A DNA stretch of 63,784 bases, counting the filler, from Intoshia linei (taxonomy: Eukaryota; Animalia; Orthonectida): assembly GCA_001642005.1 (NCBI GenBank). It is 5 parts of 5 records of this genome, joined end to end, with 100 filler letters (N's around TTAATTAATTAA, not from the genome) between each part and the next. Parts side by side here need not be neighbours in the genome. Positions count along the whole stretch, not along the records: positions 25,318 to 45,498 come from LWCA01000699.1; 4 more parts are not named here. One strand, written 5' to 3'. A program made the position numbers and the translations under genes. Positions 32,449-44,413 of this stretch are shown piece by piece (position 1 is the first letter of the stretch; every line of letters begins with the position of its first letter). The notes below the pieces were generated by a model. That model did no database searches. It was not told where the DNA came from and worked only from the letters and a program-made list of their open reading frames with translations.

Positions 32449-33026
32449 AATTGCATTTTGTTTATCTTGTAAATAAAGTATTGTTAAATAGTCTCTAAAA
32501 AATAATTTTTTTTGTTTAGGTTAAATTTTGTATTTTCTGATAAAACCATAATGACAGTAAAATGATATAATGACTATGTAATTAGTTATTCATGACTGTA
32601 TTGTTAGTAATTGAACTTTTAAATATTCTTGAATGCTTAATGATGTGTATTTTATTATAATTAATGGAATTGGTAATAGTTAAAAATTATAAAACGCTTA
32701 AACTTTTCTTTAATTATCAATTACATTGTTAAAATTCTGGGCCCTTTAAATTATGTAGGCCGCCGGTGTCGTAAGATGGAATCGAATGTGGTCCAAACAA
32801 TGAAATAATTAACATGAACGAAATAGCTAGCCAATACGACAAATACCAAATGTAATAATTACACTCTTTGTTACGGATCACTGGTTACCACTCGGGTTAT
32901 ATGAATGTTTTCTATCCCTAACAAATTTGGAAATTGTAGTTTTCTTTGCGAATTTAATATTTAGCTACATTGTGTACTCAACAAAGTACATATAATTTTT
33001 CATGATGTTTATTCTTAAAATATAAC

Positions 33027-33875
33027 ATGGCTTATGTATATGAGAACACAGAGTACATTATTGCGGATCAACCGTATATGCAACAGGAAATTCCAATGGA
33101 GCCCATTCCTTTACAAATGAATATGGGAGATCCTTATGTCCAAAACGTTAATATGGCTGATCCTTATTTACAAAAAGAACCTTTACAATTTATTTTTGAA
33201 AAAAAAGAATCCCACAAATTTTTGATCTTTGCGTTTGCTTGTTTAATAATTAATGTTTTATTTGGTAATTTTTTTAAATTGAAGATTAGGTTCATATATT
33301 AATATCAGCGATTGGAACTGTCATTCGTATTACTAGAAGTGACAAATAACTAGAATGATATTAATCGTATATGGTTTTATGTATCATTTTCGTTAGTGGT
33401 AAGATAAAAATCAATTCTTAATTTCTAAAGAACAACACGTCTAAATTCGGGCGTAGAGACTAAATCAAATTTTTTTTGAGATGATCCAATCGTTGGAAAT
33501 TTTCTGTCAAGTGTTAATCAAATTGAATGAAAAAATATTTGATGACAGATTTTTTGTAAGAATTTGATGTGATTTTTGGTTAAATTAAAATTACGATTCA
33601 TAGTTTTCGTTTCATTATAATTAATTTACATTTATTGAGGAAGGACCGAAATTAATTAACTAAAATTAATAATAGGTGGATTCTCACTGCTATTGGCTAT
33701 AAAATCGATAAAGGAAAAAAATGAAGAAATTCGAAAAAAATGTAGACAAAGTAGTGTAGTAATAGGAATCATTGGTATAGTGATTACTCTGATAGTAGTA
33801 ACTATAATGTTGCCAGTCAAAATCAAATATGATGACAAACTAAGAGATTCTGTTCTTTTAAATTCTAATTTTTAG
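33027..33875 (+). CDS. Small CD225/dispanin-like membrane protein (paralogue A)
   Basis: Exons 33027-33264 and 33676-33875 with a phase-1 G|G junction. Pro/Tyr/Gln-rich N-terminus, then FLIFAFACLIINVLFGGFSLLLAIKS, a basic loop (RKKCRQ) and a TM segment VVIGIIGIVITLIVVTIML. Confidence 0.65.
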
Positions 33876-33894
33876 ACTTTTAATAAACATTACA

Positions 33895-34533
33895 TCCTTA
33901 CTTACATAATACATCCGTTTTTCGTTAATAATATAATATAATGTATCTGTTACAGGCAATTTTCAAGTTTTGACAAGCAACGTTAATAACAATTTAAATT
34001 TGACCTAATTAATTTTGCCTGCTGCACGACGGCATAATTCAAATCCAGGAAATTTTTACTGGAATTAAATTTTACCTGTAACATATCCGTTTTTTGTCTG
34101 TGTGTGTTATCATTTATTGCAATAACTACCAGTCTTAGAATTTTATAAAGTCCACATTTCTATTACAATTTTGTCCAAGTGTTAGTAAGATAAATTTCAA
34201 TCTCCCAAACTCACATCTTACGGGTTCAAAAACTCAATTGTATTTTTTTTGAAAATCAAACGAGTTGGAGAATTTAAAAAAATATATACGCTGATACGGA
34301 CTTTTAAATCTAAAAAATTATATCTTCAGGGCCAAAACTACAACTTAACCTTTTTTCTTAATGAAAACAGCTCTAGAGTTTGAATTTAAACAAATTTGGG
34401 AACCACTCCTTTAAAAGATTGATAATAGTGAATAGTAAGATTTTTAACATGAATTAATTTTTTTTGTAGAATAAAAATGTGCCCTCGGCAGAGCTAGGTA
34501 CTGTTTCTACGTAGTACATAACAGTCAACCTAG
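33895..34533 (+). mobile_element. Complete non-autonomous Helitron-like element, carrying a nested 136-bp TIR element (33948-34083)
   Basis: A|TCCTTACTTAC start, GTCTGTGTGTG tract, hairpin CTGTTTCTAC-GTA-GTACATAACAG, CTAG|T end, no TSD. The nested element has TGTTACAGG / CCTGTAACA termini. Confidence 0.8.
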
Positions 34534-34620
34534 TTATATATCGACTTGCATTAATGAATTGCTTAATTAATATTTTTGGTGGAAATAAAAATAAACATTT
34601 TATTTGCGATTTCACTACGA

Positions 34621-35610
34621 TTAAAATATGTTCCAGGAATAGTCTCGTTCCAAAATGTAAAATTCATGAAATTTTGGTGTAACAGAGGCATAAATACCAT
34701 TCTTGAGATTCCAATAATGCACCAATAGAGGCAGATTAATGGCAATAACAACAAGTGTTACGATTAGAGAACTCATGCAAAGAATTCTTGCAGTCTGTTT
34801 ACATCTTTTTTTTGTTCTCGAATCAATTGCATTACTAGACTTGATAATGAACGCAATTGCAAAGCCACCTTAAAAAATATAAATTATAAATATACATTAT
34901 GCATTACCGATTATGACATTTAACATAAATGCCAAAAAACAGAAAAAAATGAGTAAAATAATGGAAGATTCCTTAGATTTCTTGATAATTACTCTTTGAT
35001 CAAAATTGTTTTTATATTCAGAATCGTAGGAAATTTCACTGCAATCATCATAATTACTGTATCCCCGTTGACGGGATGTGTTTGATAGATTCATGTTGGA
35101 TGTATAATTAGAACTCACATAATCATATGCTTTCTTTGGGGTATAATAACTTCTTTTAGTATAACCACTGTCGGATTTTTCGTATCGATGGTCGACATAC
35201 TTATTGTTGGATGATTCCATATCCATACAAGAATAATCTGGTCTAGATAAATCGATGCTTTCAGCGTCATAATATTCATCGTCAGAATAAGCGAGATTTT
35301 CGCGGTAAGCATTTTGTCTAATATATTCTGAAGGACCGTATACATACGACTCTACAAATCTATTTGAATCATAGGATAGGGATTCGTTAGGTTTAGATTG
35401 AACAAATGAATAGTCACTTTGAGAAATGTTTTTAGATTCTCGTACAGTGTTGACCTCACTCTCATGAAGAGAAGGCGAAATAGTTGGTTGGTAACATACA
35501 GTTTGGTAATCTTCCACGTTTATTACCTGTTCCTCCGGTTGGTTCAATTGATTTGTACTTTGAACTAAATTTTCACAGGTATCGCTTATTTTTTCATATT
35601 TGTTAGTCAT
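34621..35610 (-). CDS. CD225/dispanin-like membrane protein with long Ser/Tyr-rich N-terminus (paralogue B)
   Basis: Exons 35610-34908 and 34868-34621 with a 39-nt phase-1 G|G intron. ILLIFFCFLAFMLNVIIGGFAIAFIIKS...KKRCKQTARILCMSSLIVTLVVIAINLP. Confidence 0.65.
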
Positions 35611-37735
35611 TTTACAATGTCAACAAAAAAGTAAGTTGTACTTTACTGAAATTTATAAATTTTTTAATATCCCGTATGTAAATTAGTGTAGTTCAAAATA
35701 TTAACGTGATACGAATTTTTGTGGTAATCTAACTAAAACCATCCTTATTATATAGGAAGTAAATGTATATATTTTGTGCTTGATCGTAAAATTACATTTA
35801 TTTTTAACAAGGAATTATTGTAAATGTAAACTGTACATTCTGATGTTGAAATTTGCAACAATGTTGATATTTGAGGTATTTTATTTAGATAGACATATAT
35901 TAGAGAAATTTTTTGAGAGAATATAGAAACATATAAAAAATTAATTAATTTATTTATAGACATACATTTACTATGATTTGACAAAATTCCACACCTTCTT
36001 GAAATATGTAAAAAAAATTTTTAGAAAAAATGACTAAAAATATTTATTCTTGCTTAATGTTAAGGTTTTCGCGCGCAATTCCCTCTTATTCTTAATTAGC
36101 GCTAATTTTTTTAAAAATGTATATGATTAATTTACGCACCACTAAGACATGGGTTTTTAACCTTTTTCTATTTGGCACCCTAAAAAATGTAGACTTAACT
36201 TGAAAAAAACATAGAACTATGATAACACAAAATTGTTATAGATGACATGGCTTTAAATTTGAATAAGAAAACTTTTTAACATAAAAAACGCTGTGGGATA
36301 TCAGATTTATCAATATCATTTTGTAATGGTATGTATGAAAGATAGGTTATTAAATCTGAAGGTATCTTGTAGATTTGATGTCCGAATCTGACATTATAAT
36401 TTATTGATAAAATACACATGCTCAACTAAGTTTATTAATATTAAAGTGATTTTCACCCCTATTTCTTTATTGGAAATGTGTAGACGTTCAGTGCTCATTT
36501 TTTTTGAAATTGTAGGATCAATATTTACATTTTCAAATTTTATTTTACAATTTGTTTATCGAAATATTTGAAAAATATATTAAAAATTATATTTAACCGG
36601 GAATGTGTAGATTTCTGGCGTTGAAATTTTGTATATGAATCAAATGGAATAAGCTCTATAAGAATAGTTTCTTTTTTAATTTGCGGACCGTTAATTATTT
36701 TACATTTTTAGTTTTAATAAAATATTTCGGAAAAAAATATATGAAAACTAAAATGCTTTTTTGACCGTGAAGGTGATATTTATTCAGAGTGAAATTTTTT
36801 GTGTGTTAACAGGATACAACTGTACCGCCTGTAATTTTTTTTAATTTTAGTGATGTTTTCATTAAAAAAAAAGGTAATTTGTGGTTTTGGCCCTGAAGAT
36901 ATATTTTTTTTTAAATTTATGATTTTAAAATCTGTATCAGAGTGTATATTTTTTTAAATGCTCGAACTCGTTTGATTTTCAAAAAAAAGAATAATTGGGC
37001 TTTTTTACCCGTAAGATGTGAGTTTGGATGGTTGAAATTAATCTTACTTTTACCCGGAAAAAACAGTAATAGAAATGTGGACTTTATAAAATTGTAAGAC
37101 TGGTAGTGATTGAAATAAACGATAACACACAGACAGACGAACAAAGCATATTATATAAGTAAGGATTACATGAGTTATTCTTTTATTCCAGGTTTCATTG
37201 TACGAAGTACATAATAGTCAAGCTAGTATTGAAAAAAAGTAAGATTAAATAAATATAAAGTTTTCATACTTTAAAGATTTTGGAAATTTGGTCAATATTG
37301 CATATAATAGTAAGATTACATTTTTGGAGATTTTCCAATAAACTTTTAAATACAAATAATCTACAATTTAAAGGTGATTAAACTTAAAGACTAATACATC
37401 GCTCTTTTCGTACAATCACCAAAAAAATTAATACATTTCATAATGTATTAATAATGATAAGTTTTTTTATCATGGGAGTAATTTTTTTTAATTCGAAAAT
37501 GTATTTCCATACATTTTGTACGTTTTTATACAGATAGCATACTGAATGTCACATTAGATTTAAAAATTGCGTCGCACTCTAAAATAATTGAATGCCCAAT
37601 CTACTGTATAAATAGGTAAGTCTACTCAAGAGATTCTTTCAAACCTTGCAAAGTTGAAAAAATTAAATAAATTATTTAATATAAATATAAAAACAACAAA
37701 TATGAATAAAGTGAAATGTCTATATCTTGATAAAA

Positions 37736-40700
37736 TTAATTGAAACGACTAAATTCATCATTTCGAGGAGAATCTGAGTTATATACATTAGATATATCAT
37801 TAGGGAGAGAAGGATTAAAATTGAGTTCATCGGATCTAGCCATTTGATTTGGAAATCCAAGCGGAGATTCATCCGAAAAAAATGGCATATTGGCAGAATT
37901 AAAATTTGCATCATCGCCTAATAACATGTAGTCTTTTGAAGAAAGATCATTATCATTCAATATATAAGATGGCATTGAAATTTCGTGAGAAAGTGGAGAT
38001 TCTTGAATATCTAAATAATAGAAATTAAAAGTTTTAAATGCAGTCATTACAGATTAAAGAAATGAATAAATGAAAATAACAAAAAATTATAAATAAATAT
38101 TTACCAAAAGGTTTCTGATTGTTATCAGGTTTAAAATCACTTTCCTTTTCAATGTTTTTTTTCAATTCCTAAATTCAATTAGCCATGATAAATAAAAAAT
38201 GTACCTTTTTGTGTCGACGAATAATTACGCGATTGTTTTTGGCTTTCATCTAAAAATCACTTAAAACAAATATAATCATCATTTACAATATATTCGGGTT
38301 TTATATTTACAGGAAGTTTACGCCAAATTTTCAAAATTTCTTTACTTCTCTTTTCCCAATCTAAAGAATATAATTCAAAGTTAAAAAATACACTAATACC
38401 TGGGATTTCATTAATCATATTTGGATAATTTATATTGCAATACAATACAGAAGAAATTGTAGCCAACTTGTTTAATTTTTCATCCATTTTCCACTTTTCA
38501 GATGTAGATACGTTTTGAGAACACAATAAAATATTATTTATAAATTGTTCATCATATTGAGAGTTTTTGTCGGGAAGCATTATTGGATATTGGGATCGAG
38601 TATAATCCATTTGCTTGGTTTTAACAGGATCATTGTCTGTACCCATTTGTGATTTTTGAGTTGGACACATTTTTGGCTTCGTATCTGTTAGACAAATATT
38701 CATATTTTGCGAAATTTGATCTTAAAATAGTGATAAATTAGTAAATCTTAATTATTATTTTTGTCAATCACAATTATTTATAAAATCAAAGAAAATGAAA
38801 TAATATTGATTAAATTACCTGCTATAAACTGATCAACAATACTTTGTTCATAAGAATTTTTATATTCATCGTTATTCAAACTTGAATCCTTGTTAATCGA
38901 ACCAGTCGGTACTGTGTAGTTATCCAGAATAGACCCTTTTTCCAAAGCATCAGAAGGAAGTCGGGTCACAGTTACATGAGAAGAAGAGGCAGCATTGGAA
39001 ATTTCAGAATCAGCATAATCAATTTGCATTCTCAAATCATTATCTTCGTTCAATAAGGAACATAGTTCGGTTTCGTTAGATTTTATTCTTTCAATTTCAT
39101 TTTCCACTACACTGTCAGCATATTCAATTTCTCTGTCGTGTGGTTCGGGTAAAACTCCATGAGGTTTAATTAATTCTTTGTCGCAAGATTTCATAATTTT
39201 GTTTAAATTCGATGGATTTAAATCACTCATTTTATATACATTTCCCATGTCCTTTTCTGAAGAAATATTTGCAGGTTGTACAATATCTATACTATCTGGG
39301 TTAATTGTATAAATGTTTTCTTTTATAGAAATATTGAGTTTTGAGGGTACTTTAGGTGATTCTGGTATATTAATGTTATTTAAAATATCTAAATAATTAT
39401 AAATTTCATAAAAATTTTAATTATTATGTTATCATGATAAATGGAACATGTTGTTGGAACTTTCTGTCAATCATCACGTTAAATCTTAAACTTTTCAACG
39501 CTAGCCAATAGAATTATGAAATTAAGTGCGAATCACGAAATTTTAATTTCTTAACAGGGTCCAAATCATGATCTGTCAACATTTCGTGAACGTGAACTTC
39601 TAATATGAACAAATTATATTCTAATATTGTTATAAATAAAGATAAATTCGCATAACTGAAAGTTTTAGATTGAGCATCACTTTCCCTATGTACATTGTAC
39701 AGTAGGGGTGCTCGATTTTACAATTATTTTTGAAATCCAAAAAGTACACCGACTATGATAAGGAGGCGGTTGAATAGAATACTATGTAAAAAAGTATTGA
39801 AAAAAAACCTCGGGCAAAGCACTTCAAATTCGGTTAAAAAGAATTATTCCCACATAATTTTATATCAACATTTGTGTCAAGAATTTTCAAAACAATTTTT
39901 GATCAAATTTATTAATTTTAGTAGAAAGAATGTGTGTACAGTTTTTAATTACAAAATACCCATTTTTCACGTGTATGTCTTATTTGATTTTATTAATTAA
40001 AATTCATAAAAAAATATTAAGATAAATATATAATATAACTTATGTGATGGGAACAATTATGTGTAGTATTTTCTTTTTTTAAATGAAATTCTAACTGTTT
40101 TATTTTAATTTTTACAAAATTCATTTTGAGTTTATAATTAATTTTATATATTCTAACAACTGTGAAATTTACACATTCTACGGGTAAGTCGTAGAATGTA
40201 TACATTTTATGGACAAGTTGTAGAATTTGTAAAATTTTCATTTATATTTTAATTTTGGGTTTTAGAAATTTTTTTTGATCCAAACTTTCAAGGTGGTTTT
40301 TAAGAGTTTTTTAGGCAAACTTTCAAGGTAGTTTTAAGATTTTTTTTAAATCAATTTTGAAAGGGGGTTTTTAGGAATTTTTTTAAACAGAACTTAAAAC
40401 AAACTTACAGTTCGGTTAAAAAAATCTTATAATCCCCATTGAAAGTTTGATTAAAAAAATCTTAAAACCCCTCTTAAAAGTTCGGTTCAAATATAATTTC
40501 CTATAACCCCCCTTCAAATTTGGTTCAAAAAATTTCTAAAAAAACCACCTTGAAAGTTTGGTTTTGAAAATTCTATGACTCGTTTAATTTAAAAAAAAAT
40601 AAAATAATTGAAGTTTTTGACCCTGAATAACTAATTTCCGAAAATTTTATGTGATATAATCTCACCCTCAAAAAAACTATTGGAAATGGTGTTTTTAAAA

Positions 40701-42509
40701 CTCTACAGCTCTTACTTTTAAAAATAAATGTTAACAAACCGATATACATTTTTACCTAAATTACAAGTAAGTATCGATTACCTTCTTTCACGTTTCTATT
40801 TGATGGATAAAAACCTAGATCACTAATTTCGTCTAAAGGAAAAAAACTTTCCTATAAAAATAAATATAATAAATGTAAATAATGTTATTACATATATAGC
40901 ATCATAAGTAGCCTTCACACCCCGTTTTGCTCTGCGTTTTCTTTTTTTGTCACTAGATTCTTCAAGTGAAAGTAACAATTTCATATAATCTGTTCTTTCG
41001 TGAACTTTTTTAACTTTGTGAACTTAAAATTTTATATTAAATTTAAATTTAATAAAAAAAACCAGACATAGCTTTTTCTTTTAATAAGGCATACCCAAAA
41101 GCAGTTAACTGAACATTGGGGAAGTGTTCATCATTAGACTCTTTTTGTTTAATATTGACAGAATTGTACAAATTTTTGTTTTCCGGGTCATCCTCACAAA
41201 TCGAACACATGAAAAAATTCGAATCTGTATTCTTCAAGAATTCTGGACTACAGGCAGTATGCATATAACGATAGCAAATGGAGCACATGTTCATATTATC
41301 TTTTTCTTTATACCTCGATAAGCATCCCATGCAATACTCTAAAGACATGCAATTGATACACACAAAGTCTTTATACTCATCACAGTTTTCCTTGTAAAAT
41401 GTAACAAATTTATTAAGATACAGTGACTTTTCAGACACTATTTCTTTAACTTCTTTAATAACGCTTTCTTCACAGAAACGGCAAATTGTACAATCTTTAC
41501 AATACCACTCTTCTTCAGGTACAACACTTAAAGGTGGCGATAAACAAAAAATATGATACCCGAGATCACATCCATCACATAAAATAAGTCTCTCTGGAGA
41601 ATCCCATTTGAAACAAGTTTCACATACAATACAACTTGGACATCTCCAACCGCGTTCAATCATATTTGGAGTGATTCTAAAATTTTTATGTTCGATACAA
41701 TATGAATGAAAGCATTGTGCACATTGAGCGCAAGAAATAAAATTTCCTTCTTCCTCTTTTCCAAAACTGCCGCAATATAAACAAATATCTTGACTCCATA
41801 AAAATTTATCATCGCTATTTCCAATAACAATAACGGACCCATCAGTATATTCTTCAGCAATAGATTCACCAGGTAATTCTTTCACGATTTCTGATTTTTT
41901 TGGTTTCTTTTTAGATTTCTTCTTTTTTCTGCTCATGTCAATATTGAGGATTAAATCAGAATTTAACACGGTATTACTGGATTGCGAGCACTGATTAATA
42001 GGCTGATCTGTACAAAGTGGCGAATCAGCGGAATTGGGAAATTTAACGGTTGAATTAATGTACAATTCCTTCGACGGTGAAGGTGTGTTGGAATTGATTG
42101 GATTTGATTTGTTTTCTAAAAATTAATAAACTTTGATTAAAAAATAAAAACTAGTTTGATTGTCATTGCATGTCTTCTAAAGTAGATAAAGAAATGAAAA
42201 AAATAAAATTACAATTTTTTCTTTGACTTGTACATTTGAATCGTATTTACAAATTTCACTTGTGCTTTCACATTCAATTTTACTATTTTTCTCGTCATTA
42301 GTCAAGAAACTTGACAATTCTGTAGTTTCTTTGCTTTTTTGTACATTAGATATATCAAATTTTGTTTCAATTTCATTTTGAGTTTCTAGATTGTTTTGTA
42401 CAATTGTAGTTTCCGAAATAATGGCTTCGTTTTTAACTATTATTTTTTCAGAAATAATTTCATTCAATTTTTCATCAGGTTCATGGCTGATATTTAAAGA
42501 ATTATCCAT
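37736..42509 (-). CDS. KMT2C: KMT2C/D (MLL3/4) homologue with only one PHD cluster and the HMG-like region; no SET domain (Lpt/Cmi-like), about 974 aa
   Basis: Eleven in-phase exons totalling 2925 nt: 42509-42213, 42176-42152, 42115-41063, 41022-40892, 40851-40782, 39388-38819, 38720-38400, 38360-38287, 38249-38205, 38168-38105, 38010-37736. QDICLYCGSFGKEEEGNFISCAQCAQCFHSYC, GWRCPSCIVCETC and LILCDGCDLGYHIFCLSPPL match MLL3 PHD4-6. KWKMDEKLNKLATISSVLYCNINYP..DWEKRSKEILKIWRK..KAKNNR matches the HMG-like region. Confidence 0.88.
40255..40572. repeat. Minisatellite of about 36 bp arranged as an inverted (foldback) array in a KMT2C intron
   Basis: About four units of TTTTAAGATTTTTTT..ATCAAACTTTCAAGGTGG followed by 4-5 reverse-complement units; centre near 40405. 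Confidence 0.7.
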
Positions 42510-43281
42510 TTATAATTTTTTATTTATGATTTTGAGTTGAGAATTTAATTTAATTGATAATTATAACGTAATGATTTTGTAACCATAGTGTAACATTTAA
42601 CAATATTGAAATCAATAAAATTATATTGACTGTAAACAGAATAGGAAAAGGGATAATTTGCTCTTCATTCATTTTATTTTGTTGATTTTTAAGTGTATGC
42701 AGTGTTGAATTAATTTTTATAGTTAATTAGACAATGATTTCTTATAACCCTAATGATTAGGGTGTCACACCATCAAAGAATTAAGAACAATTAGCACTAA
42801 AACTGTATTTTTAAAACAGAAAAACTAATTAGCAATCAAAAACATTTAACGCTATCTATTCGACTTGCATTTGTCATTTTAAATATGACGGAGAAATTAA
42901 AACTGAATTTTATTTTAACGGAAATTGAGTTTGGGCTTTTAAACGTGGTACCAATTTTATAATATTGTTCTCCATGTTTAGTTATACACTTTATTTTTTT
43001 AAATTTGTTTCTATCTAAATTGCTTGGATTTTATTAACGATTTATATCTCGAATTCTGGCTCTTTACATTATTTAAATTTTATTGAATGCATAATATGAA
43101 TTGCATATAATTTAGCAGACATGACCATTTATAAGAGTAATTTCATACCACATTTTGTTTATATTATACAGATATTATTTATCTATTACCGGAAACGTTA
43201 CAACGAGTAATGCTATTTGCCGATAATAAAAATAAATTATAATTTAATTTTATACATATTTTCTATCTCTGTTAACAACAA

Positions 43282-44356
43282 TTATTTCCTATTCTTTTTA
43301 ATTAAAGTTTCTAGATATACAAAATCTTTTATTAATCCTTTATTGGATGGATCAAGTAAGGCTGCTGTTTTATAGTCGCTACATGCTAAATTTATAATCA
43401 ATAAATCTATTATAGTTTGATATACTAACCTTCTTTAACCATATCAAAATATAGAAAACAGGCTCCACGTTTTGCATAGAGTTTGACTCTCATTAATCGA
43501 TTACTATCACATCTGGGTTCGATTAGATCTATTGCCTAAAAATGTTAAATTTACCAAGTTAATTAATTATTGCATGAAAAAAAAGGAATGCATTGAATGT
43601 TTCAATAGCATTTATAGTTTTTTTACATAAAAAATATTTACGTTAGAGATATCGTCAATGCATTTCATGTAATTTTTGACAACAAAATGACAGGTTGAAC
43701 GGTTAGAATATGCTCTAAGTAAAAATATAGTAAATCTAATTTATAATAATATTTAATTGTAGTATTTACTATTATAATAGTAACTATAGACTTTAATAAT
43801 TATTAAATTTTATTAACAAGTTTTGTATCAACCAATTTGAATTTATTTAAAATATATACACAACTTAAATTAATGTTTTTGCTAAGGACATTAATAGATA
43901 TGAGAAACAAAACATAATTCAATTTTTTTGGGCTGATTTAATTAGTTAACTGTCTTATATAACTAATATAATCAAATCTTCCTATCTAATTATATGTTCG
44001 AAGTGTATCAGTATTGAATGTTCAACATTTGACTAAGTAATTCCTAGAATCTATAACTACACCTTATGTATAAAGAAATCAAACTATCTTATGGTCTTAA
44101 GTTAAAAATACTTAACACAAAAATTAATAGTAGCATGGAGAGGGGACTAGGGACATATGGCCGGGTCTACAATCATGAGGGCCATACGTTTTGAATTTAT
44201 TAATAGGTAATGTTGGAAGTGCTCTTCACTGCTTTAAATATGGCAGTGCTGTAGAATAATAATATAAAAACATACTTGTAATCTTTAGGTCTCAGATAGA
44301 TTAAAGCATTGTATGCATTAATTGATCCGTGGTACAGTTTTCTCGTAAATAAATCT
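43282..44356 (-). CDS. DNAAF4: Dynein axonemal assembly factor 4 (DYX1C1), last four TPR exons only
   Basis: Not in the ORF track. Exons 44356-44276, 43714-43642, 43535-43430, 43385-43282 give DLFTRKLYHGSINAYNALIYLRPKDYK|AYSNRSTCHFVVKNYMKCIDDISN|AIDLIEPRCDSNRLMRVKLYAKRGACF..|ACSDYKTAALLDPSNK, colinear with the DNAAF4 C-terminus. Confidence 0.82.
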
Positions 44357-44413
44357 CTAAATTAATTATTAATAATTATAAAGTTTTTGTATTTTTAAAA
44401 TTTGTCTGCGTAA

